Translations under genes and position numbers: made by a program
Shown here: positions 8,582 to 16,727 of the stretch, one piece after another
Position numbering within the stretch: the stretch's first letter is position 1
How the letters are laid out: every line of letters starts with the position of its first letter
The notes under the pieces: model-generated
The model's input: the letters and a program-made list of their open reading frames with translations, nothing else
The model's database searches: none
What the model was told of the DNA's origin: nothing
IMG/VR virus record: IMGVR_UViG_3300030060_003808
Span: 1-51,382 of that record
Direction: 5' to 3' (one strand)
Source: a virus
Taxonomy: Duplodnaviria; Caudoviricetes
Length of the DNA stretch: 51,382 nt

Positions 8582-8938
8582 TTACACTCTGATGCCAGCC
8601 TCTCTAATATCATGTAAACACTCAGAAAGATCTGACATAAAGCCTTTGAAAAGATCAAACGGATGATTTGATGTCAACCAGGAGTGGAGCTCCTCAGTTT
8701 TATCCATGCCAGATTCATCAAAGTAGAAATCACCCCAATGTCCATCATCGTTCCAACCAAGCAAACAACTCGGCAGAGCTCCTGTGCTTTTGGGATTGTC
8801 AAAAAACTTGATGATTCGCATGTGCCTTATGCCGTTGTCGTCCGAAAAGCAAATGTAATCGTCATGGTTTCCGGATATTGCAAAAGGAATCCTCAACATA
8901 TTTTTGCCATAAAGAGATTTTATATATTCAATCATCAC
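8582..8938 (-). CDS. Hypothetical protein (accessory cassette 1)
   Basis: 118-aa ORF coupled to the upstream gene; SD GAGGAGG. Confidence 0.7.
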   Translation of the reverse strand: MMIEYIKSLYGKNMLRIPFAISGNHDDYICFSDDNGIRHMRIIKFFDNPKSTGALPSCLLGWNDDGHWGDFYFDESGMDKTEELHSWLTSNHPFDLFKGFMSDLSECLHDIREAGIRV

Positions 8939-9300
8939 TCACCCTCCTCTATTTCAAAATTGCAAGAATCATAAGGAGTCATCATCAACCCAACTTCTTC
9001 AAAGTTTTTATAGATAATGGTTTCCCACTCATAAATTGGATAATCCGCATAACATGGATTTAAAAGATCGTAAAGAATACCGCCTTCACAAATGAAACTA
9101 AATTTGTCGTTGTGTTCATACTCTGGAACCCAAGCAACAGCCTCATCATCCCACCCTCTCTTTATCTCAAAAGCATCAGCATCATTCTTTTTAACTCTAA
9201 TGTAGCCATCCTTTTCATAGATAGTGTAGTCACCAAAATCGTAAAAATCTTTCAAAGTTTTGAGCAACACTTTCTTGATTTTTGGTCTAAGGTCTTTCAT
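8935..9300 (-). CDS. Hypothetical acidic protein (accessory cassette 1)
   Basis: 121-aa ORF with SD GGGAG and its own promoter. Confidence 0.75.
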   Translation of the reverse strand: MKDLRPKIKKVLLKTLKDFYDFGDYTIYEKDGYIRVKKNDADAFEIKRGWDDEAVAWVPEYEHNDKFSFICEGGILYDLLNPCYADYPIYEWETIIYKNFEEVGLMMTPYDSCNFEIEEGE

Positions 9301-9328
9301 ATTTTTCTCCCGTTTTGTTGTTATTTAT

Positions 9329-9375
9329 ATGTCTCACATAACTAATGTATCGTAAGTTGCAACTATATGCAACTA
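9329..9375 (-). promoter_or_regulatory. Cassette promoter with tandem TAGTTGCA repeats
   Basis: TTGCAT-N17-TACATT; TGCAACTA on the plus strand at 9358 and 9368; leader begins TGTGAGACAT. Confidence 0.75.
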
Positions 9376-9401
9376 TTTATTTACAATAATAACAACTTTT
9401 T

Positions 9402-10115
9402 TTAGGACAGATTTTCGTACAAATTGACCAGTCTTTGATGGTCGTGCAGCCAAAAAACCAACAAGTATCTATCACCCGTTCCGACGGGCAATCCTTTGTG
9501 GAGGTTGGTGAAACTTGGAAAGAAAAGCGCGTGGCCCGTTGGCAACGGACTGATCTCACCATAGTTGTGAAATGCGGTTCCACCGCCTTCATACTTACCA
9601 GTATTGAGCGGCACAACCACTGAGATATCCGCGCTCTCGTCGTGGTGCCAGGCACCTTGGCGTTTATCTTTCAGATTGTAATTGGCGATTTGGATGGTTG
9701 ATGGATCTTTGCAATCTCTTTGCCAGACCGCATTGAATATAGGATTCAAAACAGTTTGGACCACAAACCACATACTCCGATAGAGCTCCGGGACCTGTTC
9801 TCGCAGAATAATCTCTGGGATTTGGCGCAGCTCATCTTCTTCATCGTTGGCTGCAAACGAGACTTCTTTCTTCATCATCTCGATTTCTTTCAGCAGCAAC
9901 TTACAAAACTTTCTGCGGAACAACGGAACCCGGTAGATCTCCGGGTGTATTTTCTTTATGACTTTATGCACCGGAGTCTTTCCCATTGACTCTAAACCCT
10001 GGGCACCTTTAAATTTTGCAATCTGTGGCAAAGTGTCCTGGACAGCATTGTATGTCGTGTGATTAACCATCCAATGAGACTGCATACTGAGCAAATAATT
10101 TTTTACCTGGTACAT
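9402..10115 (-). CDS. 2OG-Fe(II) oxygenase, OGFOD2/PLOD (lysyl hydroxylase)-like
   Basis: IYRVPLFRRKFCKLLLKEIE, WHHDESADISVVVPLN..YEGGGT.F, LHKGLPVGTGDRY. Start placed at ATG 10115, behind an extended -10 TGTTATACT. Confidence 0.8.
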   Translation of the reverse strand: MYQVKNYLLSMQSHWMVNHTTYNAVQDTLPQIAKFKGAQGLESMGKTPVHKVIKKIHPEIYRVPLFRRKFCKLLLKEIEMMKKEVSFAANDEEDELRQIPEIILREQVPELYRSMWFVVQTVLNPIFNAVWQRDCKDPSTIQIANYNLKDKRQGAWHHDESADISVVVPLNTGKYEGGGTAFHNYGEISPLPTGHALFFPSFTNLHKGLPVGTGDRYLLVFWLHDHQRLVNLYENLS

Positions 10116-10188
10116 GGCCCAATAGTATAACAAATAAAAAAGAATAATCATTTGTATCTTTGTATTAAAAGTTATAGAATCTCACTAC

Positions 10189-10389
10189 ATGATTACAGGA
10201 TCTAACAATATGGAAAACAGAAAAGAAGGAAAAGAAATTAGGAAAAGTCTAGCGGTGGATCCGGCCACTTACGATCTTTTGCAATCAATCTGTGATATGG
10301 AGCAGAGATCTAAGATAAACCAGCTCAAAGTTTTGATTCAAAGAGAACACAAGCGGCTGTCGAATTTACCCGAAAATGAATTTGTTTAA
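10189..10389 (+). CDS. Small DNA-binding protein, ribbon-helix-helix-like (start may be 10210)
   Basis: RKSLAVD (beta strand) PATYDLLQSIC (helix) RSKINQLKVLI (helix); promoter TTGTAT-N17-TAGAAT at 10152-10180. Confidence 0.55.
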   Translation: MITGSNNMENRKEGKEIRKSLAVDPATYDLLQSICDMEQRSKINQLKVLIQREHKRLSNLPENEFV

Positions 10390-10627
10390 AAAAGTGGCAG
10401 ACATGCCGAAAAAAACGAAATCCGTTCCTCAATCTTACAAGCCTGTGCTCGAGGCCCAGGAAGTCATTGATTTGTTCAGTAGACTGACACTGCACCAACA
10501 AGCAGCGCTTATGAGGCTCATATCGCGCAATTTAGAGGTTGTTGTGGGTGAGGATAGGTATATGGGTTATGAGCTTGATTATGAGGTTGTAGGCGCAATT
10601 ATTCGCGCTTCTGAATCCCTAGACTAA
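10376..10627 (+). CDS. Hypothetical protein
   Basis: 83-aa ORF overlapping the upstream gene. Confidence 0.65.
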   Translation: MNLFKKVADMPKKTKSVPQSYKPVLEAQEVIDLFSRLTLHQQAALMRLISRNLEVVVGEDRYMGYELDYEVVGAIIRASESLD

Positions 10628-10878
10628 ACCCTTTTCTTGCGAGCTGTTCTGGTTCGAGCGAAAGATCTATTCTTGCTTTTAGACATAGAGCGTAAATTTC
10701 CATTTTTATTATTTAAAGGATTTCCGTCGCGGTGGTGAATGTCTTTGCCATCGCCTTTTTTGGCTTTGCCCATCTTGACTGCCAGTCTCCTGGCCTTGTT
10801 TCTGGAGGATCTTTTTTTAATCTGCTCTGGCCGCGAGTGATAGTTTTTGTATTCTTTGGCGTAATCTCGGGCCATCAA
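10624..10878 (-). CDS. Small basic HNH-family protein
   Basis: DIHHRDGNPLNNKNGNLR...NRS HNH motif. Confidence 0.75.
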   Translation of the reverse strand: MMARDYAKEYKNYHSRPEQIKKRSSRNKARRLAVKMGKAKKGDGKDIHHRDGNPLNNKNGNLRSMSKSKNRSFARTRTARKKRV

Positions 10879-13289
10879 ATCAAACCAGCTATACCGCCAG
10901 GCGTTTGCCGCATTGCGATCTCACGATCTTTCTCATCCGGAAGGATGGTCGGCGACATGGCCAGACTTGCATCACTTACTGTCGGCACGTCAAAAGATTG
11001 TATGTCGTCTACCAAGACATCTACATTTTGGTTTTGAGCGCCAATGAGCTTATCGCTCACCTCTCTATTTGAAACTCCACGAAAAGATAATTCGTTTGCA
11101 ACCTCTGGCGCTTGATCTATTACATTTTTAGCATCTTGTTCTGGGTTTGGTTCAGCCAACTCACCAATATGTCCAGCTGCGATGGCTTGTACTTGATCCC
11201 TAATTTCTGGTTCCAACTCATATATTTGAACCAATCTTCTGACATGTTGGCCTAAACTATTAGGATCATAAGCAGCTTTTTCAATGCCTTCGCCTAACCA
11301 ATCAACGAATCTTGGAGTCGTCATTAGTTTTGCCATACCTGGTGCAGCTGCAATCGATAAAAAACCAGCGTCATAAAAAGCGCCTCCTTTACCAACTGCC
11401 TCTACTGCCATACCAATCGCACTAGGACTAAACATACCCATAGCGCCATACAACCTAGCTGTGCCGGAAGGATTTGACATGGCTTCTGCATCTTTCGCAA
11501 TTCTTTCTAACACCTCTGTGAAGCTGTTTAATGAGGTAAACAACTCCTTATCACCGCCAAATAAAACTTGTTTCGCCTCTTCGGAAAGTTTATTGTAATT
11601 AGTTATAAAAGTTTGAGGCGAATAATTACTTTCAGCTAAAACTTCTGTGGCATCAATAGCTCCTTCTTTTATTGTAGTTGCCCCACGTCTTGCATAGGTA
11701 GGTAAACCAAGTTCACCAATCATGTGCCCGGACAAAATTTCCCATTCTTCTGGTGAAAACTCATCTTTTAATTTTTGTAACCTCATGCCGCCTTTTCCTT
11801 TTTTTGACAAAGCAAAATCCAAAGCGTCCGTTGCATCCTTTTTACCTTTGTTTATCACTTCTCTAACAAATGCAATATTTCCAGCACCAGGTTTCAGCTT
11901 TTCACGAGTAAAATTGTTTGCAGCTTTGTATGCTTCTTGTGCTTCTGGGCCAGCTTTTTTTACGATCTCATCCAATTCTTGTGTAATAATTCCATATAAT
12001 TCATCGAGTTTTCTATCAGCTCCAGTCATGGCACCTCGATATTTCGGATCAGCTAAATCAGCGCCCAAGCTCGACCTAAAATCTCTCAAAACACTATATG
12101 TAAGTTTGCCCTCTGCTTTATCCTTCAAAAGATTTGCCGCTGCTTCCATCGCTGGAGCATAAGTTTTTTTGAGAGCATTGGTTTCGGCACTAGCAATATA
12201 CCTGTTTACAAATCCGCTTATCGCAACCCCATTGGATTTCATCGAAGGATCAATGAAATCATCCACCGCACGATACAAAATATCTTGTTCTGCAATAAAC
12301 CTTTTATTTGCTGCACTTGCAGCTTCTAACAACTCTTCACTGGCTTGCTGATATGTCCTTGCTCCTCCATAACGATAAGTCAAAGTAGCTGCGAATCGCG
12401 TAATTTCATCAAGGGTTTGGCGAGCGTTATCTTGCATAATTTTTGTGCTCATAGGCATCGCTGCTAATGCTTTTTCAGTCATTTGTATGAGTGGGTTTGC
12501 TGTTACTTGACCAGCTGTAGGGTTGGTAATCCCAACATCTTCCATCATTTTAACAGCTTCATTCGCCGCTGGCCCGTTGACATTGTTGTCATACCTAGCT
12601 TTACCACCAACAAAACCTTTTATGCCTCTAAAAACTTTGTTGACGATTGGCCCAAATGCAGCGTTTATTGTTCCAGTTGTGCCAAAATCAAGTAATTGTT
12701 GCATGCCTGTTCTTTCATCTACAGTCTCGCCTAAAAAATCTAAAGCAGAGATGTAAGCCTCTCTTGCAGTTGCAGATCCCAAGCCTTCCCCAGCTATTAT
12801 GCCAGCAGCGATACCTGGAGGTCCGCCAGGAGCTCCTAGAATACCACCACCGATTGCGCCACCAATCGCACCACCTGTTTCTGCTATCTCTGGTCCTACG
12901 TCTGCTAGATCTCGTAAAGAAAAAGGGATCGGCATGCCAAACAAACGATTATATTCATCAAACAAAGTTAATTTTCCGGTTTCTGGATCAGTATATACGA
13001 AATTACCATTGCCAAATCTTTGTGCCCCATATATAGGATCAAACGATTCAACCATTTCCGCATCTGGGTAAAACTGCCTCAAAGTTGCCAATTTGTCAGC
13101 TGGTCTTTGTGCTGCACCAACAGCCATCCTCACATTCCCTGGTGCTCCTGTAAATGTATCAACAGAATCAAGTTTTGCCTTCTGTATTGCTTCTTCTATC
13201 ATTTGATCTTCCGCACTACCTGGATTCCTAGACGGCAAAGCCATGTCCAGTAGTGTGTTTGGATCCAAATTTTCTAAACCATTGCTCAT
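10875..13289 (-). CDS. Internal virion / DNA ejection protein
   Basis: 804 aa, helical, with glycine-zipper segment (GGAIGGAIGGGILGAPGG); last large gene of the structural operon. Confidence 0.6.
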   Translation of the reverse strand: MSNGLENLDPNTLLDMALPSRNPGSAEDQMIEEAIQKAKLDSVDTFTGAPGNVRMAVGAAQRPADKLATLRQFYPDAEMVESFDPIYGAQRFGNGNFVYTDPETGKLTLFDEYNRLFGMPIPFSLRDLADVGPEIAETGGAIGGAIGGGILGAPGGPPGIAAGIIAGEGLGSATAREAYISALDFLGETVDERTGMQQLLDFGTTGTINAAFGPIVNKVFRGIKGFVGGKARYDNNVNGPAANEAVKMMEDVGITNPTAGQVTANPLIQMTEKALAAMPMSTKIMQDNARQTLDEITRFAATLTYRYGGARTYQQASEELLEAASAANKRFIAEQDILYRAVDDFIDPSMKSNGVAISGFVNRYIASAETNALKKTYAPAMEAAANLLKDKAEGKLTYSVLRDFRSSLGADLADPKYRGAMTGADRKLDELYGIITQELDEIVKKAGPEAQEAYKAANNFTREKLKPGAGNIAFVREVINKGKKDATDALDFALSKKGKGGMRLQKLKDEFSPEEWEILSGHMIGELGLPTYARRGATTIKEGAIDATEVLAESNYSPQTFITNYNKLSEEAKQVLFGGDKELFTSLNSFTEVLERIAKDAEAMSNPSGTARLYGAMGMFSPSAIGMAVEAVGKGGAFYDAGFLSIAAAPGMAKLMTTPRFVDWLGEGIEKAAYDPNSLGQHVRRLVQIYELEPEIRDQVQAIAAGHIGELAEPNPEQDAKNVIDQAPEVANELSFRGVSNREVSDKLIGAQNQNVDVLVDDIQSFDVPTVSDASLAMSPTILPDEKDREIAMRQTPGGIAGLI

Positions 13290-13912
13290 TTTCCTAATAA
13301 CCTTACTAATTCTTCAAAACTTTCCGCAGCTTTTGGATCAAGTTGTCCAGCATCATATTTTGGCTTCAATATTTCGTAAACATCGCTTTGAGTCTTTCCT
13401 TGCTCCCCAGCTTCCATTTCTTTTACTAATCTTTCGTAAGCCTTTCCAGCTACAGCTTTGTTTCCTAAGTGAGCTCGCATACGAGCATCTCTTTTTCGCT
13501 GTCTTGTCACATCATCGTCACCTAATTTTTCCCACATGGTATCATCAATCCAATAAATTTCTGATTCATTGATAACAGCTCCGGTTTCTGGTCTAAGTTG
13601 AGCTGTAGACAAATCAATCCGAGCTCTCTGCCATTGTTTGTAACGTGAGCTAGTTATAATTCCCTCTAAGATGTCTGGAGCAAAAGAAGCCAAGTAGTTG
13701 AAATAATCTGTTGAGGGGTTGTAACCAGAGGCCAACAAATTATCTGTTTCCTCGATAGCAATTTTTTGTCGGTAAGCAAAAGCAGCTGCTTTGTTTTGAA
13801 CATCTGTAAAAGGGTTTTTTGGATCTTCTAACAATATTTCGCTTACGACTGGTTTGGGCGTTGGATCAGTTGCCGCATGAAATTTACTAAAATGATTATC
13901 TGACTCTTGCAC
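13286..13912 (-). CDS. Putative internal virion protein
   Basis: LRPETGAVINESE motif common in phage ejection proteins; GTG start. Confidence 0.5.
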   Translation of the reverse strand: MQESDNHFSKFHAATDPTPKPVVSEILLEDPKNPFTDVQNKAAAFAYRQKIAIEETDNLLASGYNPSTDYFNYLASFAPDILEGIITSSRYKQWQRARIDLSTAQLRPETGAVINESEIYWIDDTMWEKLGDDDVTRQRKRDARMRAHLGNKAVAGKAYERLVKEMEAGEQGKTQSDVYEILKPKYDAGQLDPKAAESFEELVRLLGK

Positions 13913-13914
13913 TA

Positions 13915-14757
13915 TTATTCCCTTCTCAAATCTACTGGCACTTGATCTTCACCATAATACGACACAAATTGATCGTATAAACTTGAATCCTTCCTCAACT
14001 CATCTATTGCTTCTTTTGGCGGCACTGGTTTTTGAACACTAATAACGGCATCAACATCAAAACCAGGTGTTGTAATTTGTCTTTCACCACCACCAGGTTC
14101 TTTTCTCAGTTCGGTTTTTGCTTGTTCAAGCGTTGCTTTCGCTACTCTAAAATATGGATCTTGTGCTGGATCATAAGGTTTCATTCCACCTTCTCCATCT
14201 GGTACCATTCTAAAAGTGTTTGTAGATGGATCAATTTTGGAAAGTATGTAATTCCAAGCACCAGCCTCAGTTGAGGTGCCGCCGAATAATTCGCCCTTAT
14301 TTTTCATTTGCTCAACCATCAAATCAAATTGTTGATCCAATGCCTTCGATCTAAGTGCTGCTTGCTCTTGTCTCTTTGTTTCGACTTGTTGATATGCCAA
14401 CATAGCAAGATCTTGTTTTAATTTATTTTTTTGAGCTTTTAGGTCACTAACTTTTCTATTAAACGATTCTAGGCCCGCCGTTAAACCAACACCAAAACCA
14501 CCTGGATCTGAGGCACCCGCGACCATGCCAGCACCAACAGCAGACGCTAAATCATAAATGTTTGCTTTTCTCGGTTGTGGAAACAATCCAGCCATGTTTT
14601 CCATTTGGTTTTCTATATCTGTTTGTGTGACAGGCGCACTCGCCCCAAGCGCACTATACAAATCAATAATTTCTTGTTGAGTAAAATTAGAAGTTGCGCC
14701 ACCACCTTCCTGGAATACGTCAATTTGCTCCGGTATTTGTGCCCGTGTGATTGCCAT
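13915..14757 (-). CDS. Putative internal virion protein
   Basis: Starts MAITRAQ...IDVFQEGG; coiled coil; lies in the ejection-protein cluster. Confidence 0.5.
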   Translation of the reverse strand: MAITRAQIPEQIDVFQEGGGATSNFTQQEIIDLYSALGASAPVTQTDIENQMENMAGLFPQPRKANIYDLASAVGAGMVAGASDPGGFGVGLTAGLESFNRKVSDLKAQKNKLKQDLAMLAYQQVETKRQEQAALRSKALDQQFDLMVEQMKNKGELFGGTSTEAGAWNYILSKIDPSTNTFRMVPDGEGGMKPYDPAQDPYFRVAKATLEQAKTELRKEPGGGERQITTPGFDVDAVISVQKPVPPKEAIDELRKDSSLYDQFVSYYGEDQVPVDLRRE

Positions 14758-16727
14758 TAAGTTGTCCCGCTGCCATATAGATTACCCAATGCTCCGAAAG
14801 TTGACAGACCTGTGCCGATACCAATTTGTGTTGCACTAGGTGGCGGTGCAAAGTCCGTGATAGTTTGGAATTGTCCGGCTGGTGCCATGCTGACAAACGG
14901 CTGCAATGCTTGATATTGAAGCAACGGAGTCATCTGTCTTTGTTGTAAGTTTCTGCGCTGTGCATCCAACATTCTTTGGGCCTGTCCTTGTTGTTGCCCA
15001 CCCATGCCATATAGAGCAGCTATGTCGGATGCCGAGGCGCCAGCTGCTTGCGCTCCAAGACCTTGTAAGCTAGAACCAAGGCCGAATTGGCCGCTGTATC
15101 TTTGTTGTCCGATTTGTTGCTCGGTTCCACCGAGTCCACTGAGAGCTCCAGCCAATGCTTGCGATCCACCGAATCCTTGCCCGGCTAAACCAGCTAAACC
15201 AGCAGAAGCCGCTCTTTCAGCTGCTCTCTGTCTTGCAAATTCACCCAAACCAGTCCTCTGAGCCTCTGAGAAGCCCCTAGATCGTATTCCGCTGACTGCT
15301 TCTGCTAATCCCCTTCCGAGCGCTTCTTGGCGCTCTGAGGCGCCCAAACGGGCTCTGGAGCCAAAGGCTGACTCTCCGCCTCTTGCGATATCCCCAGCTC
15401 TCGCTGCTATATCGCCTTGTGCTCCCCTTTCCATTATATCGCTGATGGTTTGTTGAACCACGCGATCTTCATACGGATCGTAAAATCTATCGGTCATGCT
15501 CGGATCATATCCGCCGATCGTGCCTCTCAGAATGTCAGCTGACTCACCCAAGCCACGTTGCAATGATCCCACACCGCCTCTTGTGGCCGCTAGTGAACCG
15601 ATTGCAGCTGTTCGGCCTCTTTGTAATCCTTCTTCCAATGCTTGTGTTCCAGCTCCATAAGCCCCAGCTGCTTGTTGCAAGTATGGATCTTGCATCCCAA
15701 GAGACTCTCGTTGCATTTGCATGGCTGCAAGCTGATCTGGGCTGAAATCAGCCACTTTTTCATCAATGACGATGGGTTGACCTTGATCGTCATAAAAAAC
15801 CTTCTCAGAGGCTCTCATTGCCCCAGGAATAAAACCGCCTTTTCCGCCAATACCGAATAATAATTGCTCAGTTAGAGGATCTAATCTTGTTGAAACTTGT
15901 TTTACACCAGCTGCATATGGCCCAGGCGCTTGAGCTACATTACCTGTGGATGGCGCTGTCTCTGTTGTTACTGGAGCAGTGTCCGGCGGCAGTGTTGTTT
16001 CTGCTGGTGGAATTACCTGTGGTGCTGGTGGTGAAATATCGACACCTACATCGGGCGGCATCATCGGTTGCTGTATAGGAATACTTGTATCTACAGGTTG
16101 TCCTGTAGTCAAATCAATTGGGGTAGGCATCACTTGAGCACCCGCCATCCCAGGTGCCAAAGTAGGCATGGGAGGTTGATACATCTGATTTCCGGTTATT
16201 GGATCGGTATAGTATTGGCCACCAGGATCAATACCTTCTGGAAGACCTGGTTGTGGCATAGTTGAGGGTGGTAAAACAGCGGGCATGTTACCACCACCGA
16301 TGTCTGGATTCATGCTCATTAGCATTTCTTGTGTTGGCTGAAAAGATGGAGGCACCAATGGACCAGTAAACATATCTTTCCCTCCAAAGATGGGCACTCC
16401 TCGATCATCTACTGCATCTAATCTAGGCATCTGCTCTATACTTGGTAGAAGCGGAGGTTGAACGTATCGCTTTCTTGGTGGAATCTTTCCAATTAAGTCA
16501 GCTAATCCGTCCTTTCCCATGGGCGGCAATAATTGCGTTAAACCCGTTGTGGTACCAGGATTTGGCCTTCTAATATTTGCCGGGTTCCTATTTCTGCCTC
16601 TTAGTTGACGTGGCGTCATTTGCCTTTCAACTGGCGAAACAATAGGACTAAGTGGACTAATGCTAGGCGGCTTAACTTGCTGCCTTGCTCTCATCATTGC
16701 ATCTCTAATACTATCAAAAATAGCCAT
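14757..16727 (-). CDS. Putative ejection (DNA transfer) protein
   Basis: Pro-rich N-half; FYDPYEDRVVQQT and AFGSRA motifs; Gly/Ala/Gln-rich helical C-half. Confidence 0.55.
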   Translation of the reverse strand: MAIFDSIRDAMMRARQQVKPPSISPLSPIVSPVERQMTPRQLRGRNRNPANIRRPNPGTTTGLTQLLPPMGKDGLADLIGKIPPRKRYVQPPLLPSIEQMPRLDAVDDRGVPIFGGKDMFTGPLVPPSFQPTQEMLMSMNPDIGGGNMPAVLPPSTMPQPGLPEGIDPGGQYYTDPITGNQMYQPPMPTLAPGMAGAQVMPTPIDLTTGQPVDTSIPIQQPMMPPDVGVDISPPAPQVIPPAETTLPPDTAPVTTETAPSTGNVAQAPGPYAAGVKQVSTRLDPLTEQLLFGIGGKGGFIPGAMRASEKVFYDDQGQPIVIDEKVADFSPDQLAAMQMQRESLGMQDPYLQQAAGAYGAGTQALEEGLQRGRTAAIGSLAATRGGVGSLQRGLGESADILRGTIGGYDPSMTDRFYDPYEDRVVQQTISDIMERGAQGDIAARAGDIARGGESAFGSRARLGASERQEALGRGLAEAVSGIRSRGFSEAQRTGLGEFARQRAAERAASAGLAGLAGQGFGGSQALAGALSGLGGTEQQIGQQRYSGQFGLGSSLQGLGAQAAGASASDIAALYGMGGQQQGQAQRMLDAQRRNLQQRQMTPLLQYQALQPFVSMAPAGQFQTITDFAPPPSATQIGIGTGLSTFGALGNLYGSGTT

